64,000 nucleotides of DNA from an uncultured SAR86 cluster bacterium (GCA_902557645.1 CACEAP010000004.1:80649-144648), one strand, 5' to 3'; numbered from the stretch's first letter, positions 48,307 to 58,965 are shown. A program made the numbers and translations. Notes: generated by a model from the sequence alone, not told the origin.

Positions 48307-49899
48307 ATGAATCAAAAAGATATCAAGGATGCGGTAATTATTGGCGCTGGCCACAACGGATTAGTTTGTGCTTATTATTTAGCGAAAGCTGGCATTAATG
48401 TAAGTATATATGAAAGAAGATCTATAGTAGGTGGTGCTGCGGTTACTGAAGAATTTCATCCAGGCTTTAAAAACTCAGTTGCCAGCTACACAGTAAGTTT
48501 GTTAAATCCTCAGATCATTAAAGATATGAAATTAAAAGAATATGGTCTTCATGTTGTAAAAAGGCCTATATCAAATTTTCTTCCAATTGATCATTCAAAT
48601 TACTTAAAATTGGGCGGCGGTCTAGAAAGGACTCAAGCGGAATTTAGAAGATTTTCCATTAAGGACGCTGAAAGGCTTCCTGAGTATTATGATCGTATTG
48701 AAGCAGTGGCAGATGTATTAAGAGATTTATCAATCAGCACTCCACCAAATCCAAAACAAGGAATTAAAGCTTTATTACAAACAGCAATTCAAGCATGGCC
48801 AATTGTTAAAAAAGGTAATCAAGTGCATAAAGACGTTTATGATCTTTTCACTAAAAGTGCTAGAGCTTTTTTAGATTCATGGTTTGAAAATGAGCATGTT
48901 AAAGCTGCTTTTGGATTTGATTCAATAGTTGGAAATTATGCCAGTCCCGATACTCCGGGATCTGCTTATGTACTTCTTCATCATGTCTTTGGAGAGGTTG
49001 ATGGTGAAAAAGGCGCATGGGGTCATGCTATTGGTGGCATGGGTGCAATTACACAAGCAATGAGGCAAGCCTGTCTTGATCAAGGAGTAAAAATAACTAC
49101 TAGCGCTTCTGTAAATAAAGTTATTGTTAAAGATAATAAAGTTAAGGGTATAGAATTGGAAAATGGCGAAATTATAAATGCACATAAAGTTATTTCTAAT
49201 CTAAATCCAAGTCTTTTATATAAAAAGCTTATTGATAAAGAGGATTTGGACTCTGAATTTAAAAGAAATATAGATGGTTATAAGTCAGGCTCTGGAACCT
49301 TTAGAATGAATGTTGCTCTTTCTGAACTCCCAGACTTTACAGCACTTCCTGGCAAAGAAGTTGCCGAACATCATCAGTCTGGCATAGTTATAGCTCCAAC
49401 TTTAGATTATATGGACAAAGCATATTTAGATGCAAAAAGATATGGATGGTCAAAACTACCAATTGTAGAAATGTTAATACCATCTACATTAGATAATAGT
49501 CTCGCTCCTGAGGGAAAGCATGTCGCTTCATTATTTTGCCAACAATTTTCTCCAAAACTTCAAAATGGCAAGTCATGGCATGATTATCGTCTTGAAGCAG
49601 CTGAAACTATTATTAATACAGTAACCGAACATGCTCCAAATTTTAAAGATTCAATTATAGGATCTATGATCTTATCTCCACTTGATTTGGAGGAAAAATT
49701 TGGTCTAATTGGCGGAGATATCATGCATGGAAATATGACGTTAGACCAAATGTGGGCTGCACGACCATTACTTAATTATGGCAACTATAGAGGACCTATT
49801 AAATCTCTTTATATGTGTGGCTCTGGAACTCATCCAGGCGGCGGTGTAACTGGGCTACCTGGTAAAAATGCTGCAAGAGAGATTCTAAAAGATAAATAG
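48307..49899 (+). CDS. FAD/NAD(P)-dependent oxidoreductase, phytoene-desaturase (CrtI-like) family
   Basis: The N-terminal DAVIIGAGHNGLVCAYYLAKAG forms a Rossmann motif. It is 530 aa with a C-terminal GSGTHPGGGVTG. Confidence 0.8.
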   Translation: MNQKDIKDAVIIGAGHNGLVCAYYLAKAGINVSIYERRSIVGGAAVTEEFHPGFKNSVASYTVSLLNPQIIKDMKLKEYGLHVVKRPISNFLPIDHSNYLKLGGGLERTQAEFRRFSIKDAERLPEYYDRIEAVADVLRDLSISTPPNPKQGIKALLQTAIQAWPIVKKGNQVHKDVYDLFTKSARAFLDSWFENEHVKAAFGFDSIVGNYASPDTPGSAYVLLHHVFGEVDGEKGAWGHAIGGMGAITQAMRQACLDQGVKITTSASVNKVIVKDNKVKGIELENGEIINAHKVISNLNPSLLYKKLIDKEDLDSEFKRNIDGYKSGSGTFRMNVALSELPDFTALPGKEVAEHHQSGIVIAPTLDYMDKAYLDAKRYGWSKLPIVEMLIPSTLDNSLAPEGKHVASLFCQQFSPKLQNGKSWHDYRLEAAETIINTVTEHAPNFKDSIIGSMILSPLDLEEKFGLIGGDIMHGNMTLDQMWAARPLLNYGNYRGPIKSLYMCGSGTHPGGGVTGLPGKNAAREILKDK

Positions 49900-49902
49900 C
49901 TT

Positions 49903-51234
49903 TTATTGATTTAATTTTTCAAAAGTTGCTGCATATTCTAACAGTGATCCATCAGTCCATTTGGAACCTATAAAAGAGATCCCAACTGGTAAGCCTTCAA
50001 CTTTATCTAGTGGAAGAGTTATGTGCGGATAGCCTGCAATTGCGGCAAAACTCCCATTACCCCAACTTCTTTGCTTATCCATCGCCACGCTATCTCCACC
50101 TTCATATTCTATTTTCCATGCAGGATTTCTTGTAAGTCCAATAAATGCATTAAGGTTGTATTGATTTAAAAGTTGATCAAATTCATACCGAACAGTTTTA
50201 ATCATTTTTAATGATACTTTATACTCATTGTGTTTAGAGGAAGCCTCTAAACTAGCTTCAAAGATTTCTTGATTAAAATGAGGCATAACCCTATCCTTGT
50301 TAGCATTATTAAAATCTATTAAAGATTGTAAAGATTTATATGGTGTGTCTGCGCCTTTAAGGTATTTTTCAAGATCTCTTTTAAATTCATACAAAAGTAA
50401 AAAGAATTCTTCTTCACCAGGATAAACTCTTTCATCCTTAATAATAACTACTTCACCTCCAGCACTTTGAATGATATTTATTGCTTTATCTAATAACTTT
50501 TTACCCTCTTCATCTTCCATGCCTGAATTTAATAGGCCAAAGCGTTTACCTTTTAATGAATTTTTATCTAGATCGGGAGTTAATTTAAAATTATTTGGAA
50601 TATTATAGGTAGCTTCATCCTCAGGATCTTTGCCAGCTATTACTTCTAAAGTCTTTGCCACTATTGCAACTGAATTTCCCATCGGGCCAGCAGTATCTTG
50701 ACTAGCTGAAATTGGTACTATGCCATTTCTACTAACCAAACCAACAGTTGGCTTCATGCCTACAATACCGTTTACCGATGCTGGGCATGATATTGAGCCA
50801 TTAGTTTCGGTTCCTATAGCTATATCAATCATGCCACTTGCTACTGCAACTGCTGATCCTGAACTAGAACCACATGGGTTTCTATTTATACCATACGGAT
50901 TTATCGTTTGACCTCCAACACTTGACCAGCCGCTTACCGAATTAAAAGATCTAAAATTAGCCCATTCAGAAAGATTAGTTTTTCCATAAATAGAATAATT
51001 TGCTTCTTTTAATTTTGTAATTATAAAAGCATCCTCACTTGGATAAAGCTCAGCCAAAGCAAGAGAGCCCGCTGTTGTAGCCATACTTTTGACATCAATA
51101 TTATCTTTAATACCAATATTTATTCCTGAAGCATTTTTTGAGTTATTTATTGAAATAAAAGCATTAAAAGGATCTTCAGATGCATATGAAAAATGTGAAA
51201 TAAAAAATAAAAAATAAAAAAAAGTTTTATACAT
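49903..51234 (-). CDS. secreted amidase (amidase-signature family)
   Basis: AS motif GSSSGSAVAVASGM and GTETNGSI. The real start is MYKTFFYFLFFISHFSYA (a signal peptide) at 51234. The track's longer ORF runs into the tRNA gene. Confidence 0.85.
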   Translation of the reverse strand: MYKTFFYFLFFISHFSYASEDPFNAFISINNSKNASGINIGIKDNIDVKSMATTAGSLALAELYPSEDAFIITKLKEANYSIYGKTNLSEWANFRSFNSVSGWSSVGGQTINPYGINRNPCGSSSGSAVAVASGMIDIAIGTETNGSISCPASVNGIVGMKPTVGLVSRNGIVPISASQDTAGPMGNSVAIVAKTLEVIAGKDPEDEATYNIPNNFKLTPDLDKNSLKGKRFGLLNSGMEDEEGKKLLDKAINIIQSAGGEVVIIKDERVYPGEEEFFLLLYEFKRDLEKYLKGADTPYKSLQSLIDFNNANKDRVMPHFNQEIFEASLEASSKHNEYKVSLKMIKTVRYEFDQLLNQYNLNAFIGLTRNPAWKIEYEGGDSVAMDKQRSWGNGSFAAIAGYPHITLPLDKVEGLPVGISFIGSKWTDGSLLEYAATFEKLNQ

Positions 51235-51282
51235 ATTATTGATATTAAATATAAAATTTTTACGAGTCAAAGTTAAAAGAAT

Positions 51283-51358
51283 TGGAGCGGGAAACGAGGT
51301 TCGAACTCGCGACCTCAACCTTGGCAAGGTTGCGCTCTACCAGCTGAGCTATTCCCGC
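51283..51358 (-). tRNA. tRNA-Gly (anticodon GCC), CCA encoded
   Basis: The minus strand reads GCGGGAATAGCTCAGCTGGTAGAGCGCAACCTTGCCAAGGTTGAGGTCGCGAGTTCGAACCTCGTTTCCCGCTCCA. It folds by hand into a clean cloverleaf and is nearly identical in pattern to E. coli tRNA-Gly(GCC). Confidence 0.95.
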
Positions 51359-51457
51359 ATTTAACTAAAATGAATTGGTCTGGAGCAGTATTATCTATTA
51401 TTAAAAACCTAAGGTAAAGTTAAGATATTTTTATATATATTTAAATTAATCTTAGAA

Positions 51458-52843
51458 TCAATTGCTTGAAATAAAACCTTTTGGATTTATTGGATCTATG
51501 TATTCAAATGGCAAAATATCTGGAGAAACTTTTACTTCACTAGTTATTATAAAAGGAAGTGAATTTGAACCATATATAGCTTCTACAAAATATGCTCTCC
51601 ATCCTTCTTTGGGTTTATCTATTGAAGATATATATTTACCTTCTGCATTGATCTTGATTGATTTTGATTTCCAGCTTTTACCTATTACATCAAGTCTAAA
51701 ATCTCTACTAGAGGGATTATCAGCCCACCACAATTTAACTTCAGAAGGTTGATTATCAGAAGTAAATTCAATTTGTCCATTTTCAAGAAAATTCCAACTG
51801 TATTCTGGTCTAGGAGAGCTATTTAATATACTGATATAAAAAGATGCTATAGCCTCTATGATGTATGATCCATTAAGACTATGTCCAACATTAGGCACAT
51901 AACGAATATGCTTTTCCCCAGGTAATTGATCATAATAAAATTGTGAGGAAGTTGGGATAAAGAACTCATCTCCAGCTGCATTAATAATATATTTAGGAAA
52001 TTGATATCTATCCTTATAACTATATGGATCCACTAATTTAAAAAGCGCCTCAGCTTCAGGAGATCCCCACCAATCCATTGTATTCATATCAACATAATCT
52101 TGAATAGCTGGGGCCCAAAATCCATAAGCCTGCCAATGATGTTCAAAAGATGGTTTGATATTTAACATATCTATAACAAGAGGAATTATTGCTATTACTC
52201 TATTGTCTGTTGCGGCTGCAGTCCAAGTAGTCCATCCTCTTTTAGATGCTCCGGTTACAACAAAGCTATTCACATTATTTCTTTTAAAAACAGCTTGAAT
52301 CGTATCCATTGCTGCTATGGCACTTTTAGTCATTGCCATTCTTGCAGGCCAACGTGTCTCGCCAGTTAGAAAAAATTTATTCCAAGTATATGCAATTATT
52401 GCATCCTCCCATCTATCAAAACTTTCGTCAGAAAATTTTAATGGCTGATTAGGAATTGCTTTTAATTCAGCTACTAAGGAATTAGAAGCTAAGGCAATTT
52501 CAATCAATGCATCTTGCGCTTTTGGCATAGGGTCATTCGTATCTCCAGAGCTTATGACTAGCAAAGCAGTTTCTGCTTTAACTTCCTTTGGTTCTATTAC
52601 TGTGAGCCAATGTGACCATGATGTTTTATTTACATCCTTGCTTTGAAGAAAGTTTTGAGAGTCCATTCTAATTGAGTGAACAAAATAACTATCAAATTCT
52701 TGAACTTTTTCAATAACATAATTAAATGATGTGTCATCTTTATGAACATAAGCATCTAAGTCAGTTTGTAAATACTCAGATCTTGGATCAGCTTGTGTAA
52801 AAATAGGAAAAAAAACTATTAAAGAAAATAGTATTCTATGCAT
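51458..52843 (-). CDS. PqaA-type (PhoPQ-activated pathogenicity-related) alpha/beta hydrolase-like secreted protein
   Basis: Signal peptide plus VVTGASKRGWTTWTAAATDNRVIAIIPLVIDMLN, which is characteristic of the PqaA family. Confidence 0.65.
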   Translation of the reverse strand: MHRILFSLIVFFPIFTQADPRSEYLQTDLDAYVHKDDTSFNYVIEKVQEFDSYFVHSIRMDSQNFLQSKDVNKTSWSHWLTVIEPKEVKAETALLVISSGDTNDPMPKAQDALIEIALASNSLVAELKAIPNQPLKFSDESFDRWEDAIIAYTWNKFFLTGETRWPARMAMTKSAIAAMDTIQAVFKRNNVNSFVVTGASKRGWTTWTAAATDNRVIAIIPLVIDMLNIKPSFEHHWQAYGFWAPAIQDYVDMNTMDWWGSPEAEALFKLVDPYSYKDRYQFPKYIINAAGDEFFIPTSSQFYYDQLPGEKHIRYVPNVGHSLNGSYIIEAIASFYISILNSSPRPEYSWNFLENGQIEFTSDNQPSEVKLWWADNPSSRDFRLDVIGKSWKSKSIKINAEGKYISSIDKPKEGWRAYFVEAIYGSNSLPFIITSEVKVSPDILPFEYIDPINPKGFISSN

Positions 52844-52846
52844 GCG

Positions 52847-53341
52847 TTAATTAATTAAAACTTTCTGCAATCTATCTCTTGTACTCAAAAATACTTTATA
52901 AATTACAATAGATTTAGGCTCAATATTCTTTGGATATGGGACATTAAAACTACCCTGATTATCATAACCATAAAAATAATCGCTATCCTCAAAACCTATA
53001 TGTTGTGCTTTAACTAAAAAAGGATTACCAATATTAGCTTTGTATATTTGCTTATCATTAGCATCAAGAAAGACTATTTCATAAGTTTCTATCTCAATAG
53101 GATCCTTGTTAAAACGATAACTAGGTGTTTTTTTACCATATTCAATTGATGTAAATTCAAAGACGCCATTTTTCATAAATAACTTAACTTGGTTAAATTT
53201 ATTCTCTTGAATGATAACTTTAGTGTCTTTTAATATTTGGTGTTTACCAGGAATAATTTCGTCCAAAGCTAAGACTAATGTTGGGGCAATAAAAAAAGTA
53301 GCTAATAACAAATATCTTAACTTAATCATAAATTGCTCCAA
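52847..53341 (-). CDS. 164-aa secreted protein, unknown function
   Basis: Signal-like N-terminus (LLLATFFIAPTLVLALD). It overlaps the upstream gene by 16 nt and ends 3 nt before the next gene. Confidence 0.55.
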   Translation of the reverse strand: MEQFMIKLRYLLLATFFIAPTLVLALDEIIPGKHQILKDTKVIIQENKFNQVKLFMKNGVFEFTSIEYGKKTPSYRFNKDPIEIETYEIVFLDANDKQIYKANIGNPFLVKAQHIGFEDSDYFYGYDNQGSFNVPYPKNIEPKSIVIYKVFLSTRDRLQKVLIN

Positions 53342-55314
53342 TTAATGCCAATAGTTCCACCAGTGGTTCCGTCAATATATCCAATAGCATAATCTGATTT
53401 ATTGGTAGGATTTGTTTGATAACTTCCGGACCAATCAATTGATGTATTCCAATAATATTCACTATTAAAAAAGCCTTCATAATTGTCTGAATCTAATAAA
53501 ATATCGTCTGGTGCTGTTATAAAGCCTTGTGTATCAACTGCTTTATATGAATATTCCATTACTCCGCCATCTTCAGGCTTTGAAAAACTTACAGTTGTTT
53601 GATTTTTTAAATCTTCTTGCAATACGCCATTTACATACCAATTAAGTTCAATATTATTTGTATTAAAATCAACATCGAGCTGGTACTTAATAGCATTATA
53701 AGATCCACCCTGTTGCAAGTTATCTATTTGAGTTTCTTCTCCATCATCTGTAACTAAATAGATGCTGCTCCAAACATTAGGGCAGTTATCATAATTATCA
53801 TATTGTTTAAAACATTGGTTAGCTATAGTTTGAATTACAAAGGCTTCAGAATTTATTGGTCCATATTGAGATATAAAATTTTCAGGAACCCCCCAGCTAC
53901 CATTATAGTCACCGCCATACATAACATTATAATCTTCAGGTCTCCATGAAGCATCAGATGAATAGTAGGTTCCTAAAAATAAACCCACTCCGTCATTTGA
54001 AGCGCCTGAGGTATAACCAGGAACATTTGTTTTATCTTGGATCCAATGTGACCATTTAACATTATAAGGATCATTAATGGTGGTGGTATTTGGAGATGAG
54101 TCAGCATAAATACTCATATCGAAACCTCTGTCATCACTTGTAATATATTCATCTCCAAGATTGGCATGGCTATGACCAAGTTCATGCATAGCTATATAAG
54201 ATGTTGAACCACCTAAAGGCTGTGCATTAACATAACCCCTTGCAACTCCCCTTCCATAAAAGCCTGCAAGAATAGAAATAGTATCTGGCATAGGTCCATT
54301 TGGAAAAGCAGATGCAACATTAGCATCAAGTACATTCCAATCCCAACAATATATTGAGGTATCCCAATCAAGGCAGCCTGTGTATAAACCAACAAAGGAA
54401 TCAGTTCCATCTAAAAGCAAGGGTTCAACTGCAAGAATATTAAAATATTCTTTAACAAAATTTCCTTCATTAATTCTTTCAACCAAGTTGTATACCGTCT
54501 GACCAAGCCTGTCCCTAAAGTCATCAATATCAGTAACAGAATCAGCAACTATTAAATATGTAGTACCTGGCTGCATATTCTGCTTTTTCGTTCCGCTGAC
54601 AACATATGTTTTATAGTTTTCAGTAATTTCTATGTTGGTAGGAATAACAGCTCTGAATGAAGTTTCGCCTGAAGAGTTACCATCATTTGCCAAAATAGTA
54701 ACATCCTGAAAACCAGCTAATTGCATTTCAGAAAAATCTAATGAGATTGTGTTAGCGCCGCTATCAGAAATACTAATTACTGGAGTTGGTAAAAAGTTTT
54801 CACCTATCTTGGCGCTATAGGTAATATCAGCAAATTCATTATCTGGGTCGTTTACAGTAAATTCAAAAATTGAATTTTCTGGAAGCAATATATCTGATGT
54901 TCCTGCAGTTGCTTGAGGTGCATTAGTGAGTTGAACAACTGGAGAATCATTAACATTATTTATTGTAATCGAAACAGTTGCAGGACTTGAGATGGTTCCG
55001 TTTTCAACAGCAGTAGCTGTAAATTGAAAAGAATCATTTCCACTAAATTCAGCTTGAGGGTTATAACTAAATCCCCCATCTGGCGCTAAATTAATTGCTC
55101 CGCTAGTTGGACCAGAAACTTTTTGAAAAGTAACTGTAGCTGCGCTAGATGTAGATGCTGTTAGATTTCCAATATAAATTGCATCTTCATCGGTTGAAAA
55201 GCTTTGCGAATTCGCAGTAATAGTAAAACTTTGTCCACCACCACCGCCACCACCACAAGCAGACAATATCAATAATAAAGAAAACCCTGTGATTGTTTTA
55301 AGCGTATATTTCAT
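53326..55314 (-). CDS. lipoprotein with N-terminal cadherin/Ig-like repeats and an M64-like zinc metallopeptidase domain
   Basis: Lipobox LSAC followed by a poly-Gly linker. Ig-like repeats end in …ITINNVNDSPVV. The zinc motif is HELGHSHANLGDEY (HExxH…DEY, as in the IgA-peptidase M64 family). Confidence 0.6.
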   Translation of the reverse strand: MKYTLKTITGFSLLLILSACGGGGGGGQSFTITANSQSFSTDEDAIYIGNLTASTSSAATVTFQKVSGPTSGAINLAPDGGFSYNPQAEFSGNDSFQFTATAVENGTISSPATVSITINNVNDSPVVQLTNAPQATAGTSDILLPENSIFEFTVNDPDNEFADITYSAKIGENFLPTPVISISDSGANTISLDFSEMQLAGFQDVTILANDGNSSGETSFRAVIPTNIEITENYKTYVVSGTKKQNMQPGTTYLIVADSVTDIDDFRDRLGQTVYNLVERINEGNFVKEYFNILAVEPLLLDGTDSFVGLYTGCLDWDTSIYCWDWNVLDANVASAFPNGPMPDTISILAGFYGRGVARGYVNAQPLGGSTSYIAMHELGHSHANLGDEYITSDDRGFDMSIYADSSPNTTTINDPYNVKWSHWIQDKTNVPGYTSGASNDGVGLFLGTYYSSDASWRPEDYNVMYGGDYNGSWGVPENFISQYGPINSEAFVIQTIANQCFKQYDNYDNCPNVWSSIYLVTDDGEETQIDNLQQGGSYNAIKYQLDVDFNTNNIELNWYVNGVLQEDLKNQTTVSFSKPEDGGVMEYSYKAVDTQGFITAPDDILLDSDNYEGFFNSEYYWNTSIDWSGSYQTNPTNKSDYAIGYIDGTTGGTIGINWSNL

Positions 55315-55365
55315 ATTTATAATTTTATCATCAAAATAGTGAGTTATTAGATAGAATATTATTTG

Positions 55366-55397
55366 TAAAAAAAAGAGGGCTTTAAGCCCTCTTTTTG
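55366..55397. terminator. bidirectional Rho-independent terminator after the 1008-aa receptor
   Basis: A8-AGAGGGC-tttaa-GCCCTCT-T5. Confidence 0.8.
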
Positions 55398-55416
55398 AAT
55401 CCTAATTAATAATCTC

Positions 55417-58400
55417 TTAGAAGTCTTTTTGGAATCTAATTCCAAATGCTCTTGGTGGAGCATACATAGCTCTAACATAACCTGCATTACCTGCAAATGA
55501 ATCAGTTTTAATTAATTCGTCAGTTAAATTAAAGACATAGAATTCTAGGCCCCAAGCCTCAGTCTCATTAACTAATGTAACTGCAGCATTTGCAGTAGTT
55601 GTTGCTTCTTGTCCACTATGGAAAGGAGCTACAGCATAATTAGTTTCATTAAAGAACATTTCTCCAACATGACTTACGCTTAAGCTAGGTCTTACAAACC
55701 AACCTGAAGCAGGGTAAAAAGTATGCTCGATATTTACTGTTGCTGATACTTCTGGAGACCACATTAAATTCTTACCATCAAGATTGTGATCACCTGCAGC
55801 AGCACAAGGATCTTGTCCTAAGAGAGCTCTCTCAGTACAAAGATAACCATCTGCAAAATCTTCAGCACCACCAGGTTGAGGTGCATCTAAACCAGCCACC
55901 CAACCATAAACTCTTCCATTCTCCCAAGCATTCCAATCAAATTCCAATTCAATACCTTGAATAGTTGTTTCTGCAAGATTTTTGGTCATTAAAGTATAAA
56001 TTGCATTTCCATTCTGCTCATCATATCCAACGAAACCAAACATAGTTCTTTGCATATTTTCATACTCAGATACAAAAGCATTACCCAGTAACTTTAAATC
56101 ACCGCCAAGCAGTGATGCTTTGAATCCTAATTCGAATGTAGTGTTATCTTCAGGTTCATATGGGAAATTAATAAAGACTCCATCACCTCTATCAACATTA
56201 TCACCAAAACCGCCAGCTTTAAAACCAGAAGCTACAGAACCATATACAAATAGATCATCATTAACAATATAGTCAAAGCCCAACTTATATGTTCCAGCAT
56301 CCCACTCAGCTGCATAACTGTTATCAGCATTAGCAGGAATGTCTAAGAAATTTGGATTATAAATACCATCATTCATTCCTAAATCATCAGATTGATAAAA
56401 ATCTACTGCAGGAGCAAAAGTGAAATTACCATCTCCGTCTACAGAAGCTAGATTGATTCCACCAACAAAATCATATGATTCAAACCAGAAACAATCATCT
56501 GGGTTTCCACAATATGTATTTGGGTTAGTCCAGTAACCATGCGAGATAATTGTCTTACCTCCAACATCTTGTTTTTCATCCCAAGTATGTCTGTAACCAA
56601 AAGTTACATTTAATCTATCATCAACTGCATAATCAACTTGTCCAAATACTGCCATTGAATCTACAGTTCTATTTGGTTGATAATAAGCTGCTGCAAAAGG
56701 ACGCATAGTTGTGCCATTAAATGGTTGCTCAACATCATATCTAGATGAGTTATCTTCTGCCATGTAAAACACACCAGCTACCCATTGAAGTTGATCATCA
56801 GTATCAGATTGAAGTTGGAATTCAACAACATCTGATTGCATCTCTTGTGTAGTTCTGGACATTTCATCAAACCACATTGGCTTGATCATACCGCCAAGGG
56901 CTGCAGCTGTTTGAGGACCTACAGCAGCTACAAGAGCATCAACATCATTCATCCACCATGAAGTTTTACATGAATGTATGTAAGGATTGCCATCATTGTA
57001 TTCAACTGCACAGTTATGATTCCAGTTATTCCAAATGTTGCCCCAATCAGTAAAATCTCCATTAAATTCCCATCCCTGAACTCTGTAATAGACATCAGAG
57101 GTAAAACCTATACCTTTTGAAGTAGCAACAGTTGGGCCCCAACCATACTGACATCCATAAAGACCACAAAAGTTACCTGCTTGTGCGTCTGCGTTAATAC
57201 CTTTTGAATCAGGATGCTCTCTTAAAAATCCGTAAGCAGGGTGTGATGGATCAACAAAATTACCACCATCATTATCATTGATTTGATATCTATCTTGTTC
57301 TGAAATTGCAACTCTTAATTCTCCTACTACTCCATCATTAACTCTAAACTTAAGTTCAGATCTTAAGCTAGTAATACCAAAATCTAATTCACCTGGATTA
57401 TTAATAGCAGCATGAAAAGGATCATCCGGCCCTTGATCACATGAAAAATCATATGCCATGCCTCTTGAGAGTTCAGCTTGTTCACAATCTTTTAAATAAA
57501 TGTTTCCAGCGCCATCATCTTGAAAGTGATCAAGAGAAACATACCATTCGAGGTCAAGATTATTTGCAGGAGCATATAAAAATCCTATACGTCCAGCCCA
57601 ATTATTTGTATTACCATAAGCATCAGCTGCTTTTACTTCTCTTGCTCTTCTTTGGTCAACATTAGGAATTCCATCAGCCACTATATCTCTTCCATCAGCC
57701 CAAAGAACAGTTTGTTGGCCTTCACCACCAGGTACACCATTAGCAATACCAATCTTTCCGTCACCATTGTAATCTAGTTGAAAATCATACATATCGACAG
57801 TCTGGTCAATATAAGAATCTGCTTTGGTAGCTTTGAAAGAAGTTCTCATAGCCCATTCACTTGTAATTGGCATATTAATAAAACCATCAACTTCTTGCAT
57901 GTGTCTATTACCAAGCCTAATGCCATATCTTCCTGTTGTTTCATCGCCAAATTCTGGTCTTGCTGATACTACATTTATCGCACCTGAAGTTGAGTTTCTT
58001 CCGAAAAGAGTACCTTGAGGACCTCTTAGAATCTCAATTCTATCAACGTCATGAGCAAGCATTAATGCAGCTTGTGGTCTTGGAGAATACATACCATCAA
58101 CATGAACAGCAACAGTTGGGTCTCCAATTTCAGTATAGTTGTTTGAACCAATACCCCTTATAGCAATATTAACACCAGAATCTTCTGCAGATGTTCCAAC
58201 CTGCATATTTGGTACTAAATTTGATAAATCTGAAATCCTTGCAATACCTTGTGTATTTAATTGCTCTTGTGAAACAACAGAAACAGCAATTGGTGTTTCC
58301 ATAAGATTTGTTTCTCGCTTGGTAGCGGTAACAATTACCTCTTCTATTGCTTCTTCTGCAGCATCTTGTGCAAAAGTATTGTTAGTTATACTTGCAAATG

Positions 58401-58443
58401 AAATAACAAGTAATGATAATAAATATCTATTAATAAAATTCAT
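55417..58443 (-). CDS. TonB-dependent outer-membrane receptor (large, 1008 aa)
   Basis: Signal peptide, plug (EEVIVTATKRETNLMETPIAVSVVS…, ILRGPQGTLFGRNSTSGAINV), and a terminal …RFQKDF. Confidence 0.9.
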   Translation of the reverse strand: MNFINRYLLSLLVISFASITNNTFAQDAAEEAIEEVIVTATKRETNLMETPIAVSVVSQEQLNTQGIARISDLSNLVPNMQVGTSAEDSGVNIAIRGIGSNNYTEIGDPTVAVHVDGMYSPRPQAALMLAHDVDRIEILRGPQGTLFGRNSTSGAINVVSARPEFGDETTGRYGIRLGNRHMQEVDGFINMPITSEWAMRTSFKATKADSYIDQTVDMYDFQLDYNGDGKIGIANGVPGGEGQQTVLWADGRDIVADGIPNVDQRRAREVKAADAYGNTNNWAGRIGFLYAPANNLDLEWYVSLDHFQDDGAGNIYLKDCEQAELSRGMAYDFSCDQGPDDPFHAAINNPGELDFGITSLRSELKFRVNDGVVGELRVAISEQDRYQINDNDGGNFVDPSHPAYGFLREHPDSKGINADAQAGNFCGLYGCQYGWGPTVATSKGIGFTSDVYYRVQGWEFNGDFTDWGNIWNNWNHNCAVEYNDGNPYIHSCKTSWWMNDVDALVAAVGPQTAAALGGMIKPMWFDEMSRTTQEMQSDVVEFQLQSDTDDQLQWVAGVFYMAEDNSSRYDVEQPFNGTTMRPFAAAYYQPNRTVDSMAVFGQVDYAVDDRLNVTFGYRHTWDEKQDVGGKTIISHGYWTNPNTYCGNPDDCFWFESYDFVGGINLASVDGDGNFTFAPAVDFYQSDDLGMNDGIYNPNFLDIPANADNSYAAEWDAGTYKLGFDYIVNDDLFVYGSVASGFKAGGFGDNVDRGDGVFINFPYEPEDNTTFELGFKASLLGGDLKLLGNAFVSEYENMQRTMFGFVGYDEQNGNAIYTLMTKNLAETTIQGIELEFDWNAWENGRVYGWVAGLDAPQPGGAEDFADGYLCTERALLGQDPCAAAGDHNLDGKNLMWSPEVSATVNIEHTFYPASGWFVRPSLSVSHVGEMFFNETNYAVAPFHSGQEATTTANAAVTLVNETEAWGLEFYVFNLTDELIKTDSFAGNAGYVRAMYAPPRAFGIRFQKDF

Positions 58444-58593
58444 GGTTTCCCCTCAGTTATTGTGAGTTTTTGCATTGTAATTGTAATAAATTCTTTAAAT
58501 TACTAATGCTAATTTTTTTAGATGACAGAATTATAGCTAAATTTTGAATATAAATCCAAAAAAATATAAGTATTAGAATTTTGTAGTAGACAT

Positions 58594-58630
58594 AAAAATA
58601 TATCTCTTACCTATACAGGCAAGAGATATA
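58594..58630 (-). terminator. Rho-independent terminator of the RRM-protein gene
   Basis: The minus strand has a 13-bp stem, TATATCTCTTGCC-tgtata-GGTAAGAGATATA, followed by TTTTT. Confidence 0.8.
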
Positions 58631-58657
58631 AATTTGTTAACAAGAAATTATTTAAGA

Positions 58658-58903
58658 CTATCTAGATTCGCGAGGACGTGATTCGTTTACAACCAACTTT
58701 CTGCCTTCAACTTCAGCATCATTTAGAGCTTCAATAGCTTTTTCAGCTCCGTCACTCATTTCAACAAAACCAAAGCCTCTTGAGCGGTTAGTCATTCTAT
58801 CAGTAATTATTTTTGCTGATGTAACTGTTCCATGCTCTGCAAAAAGGTTTTCTAAATCTTGGTCATTCATACCCCAAGAAAGGTTTCCAACATATATATT
58901 CAT
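58658..58903 (-). CDS. RRM-type RNA-binding protein
   Basis: RNP2 IYVGNL and RNP1 RGFGFVEM. 81 aa. Confidence 0.9.
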   Translation of the reverse strand: MNIYVGNLSWGMNDQDLENLFAEHGTVTSAKIITDRMTNRSRGFGFVEMSDGAEKAIEALNDAEVEGRKLVVNESRPRESR

Positions 58904-58965
58904 AATTTCCTATTTAATAAAAAAATGCATTTTACATTAGATTTCATCAGCTTAGTAACTTTTTT

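Noticed and set aside
51235-51327. N-terminal extension of the amidase ORF (MPRLRSRVRTSFPAP…).
   Set aside because: The extension is the reverse-complement reading of the tRNA-Gly gene. A proper signal peptide begins at the internal Met (51234).
49903-52843. A tRNA-Gly-linked genomic island.
   Set aside because: There is no integrase and no duplicated tRNA 3' fragment on either side, and I saw no compositional break. The flanking genes look like ordinary metabolic or secreted enzymes.
55236-55262. The ccaccaccaccgccaccaccac run as a phase-variable simple repeat.
   Set aside because: It encodes the poly-Gly linker immediately after the lipoprotein Cys. It is imperfect and in-frame (a triplet repeat), so slippage would not switch the gene off.
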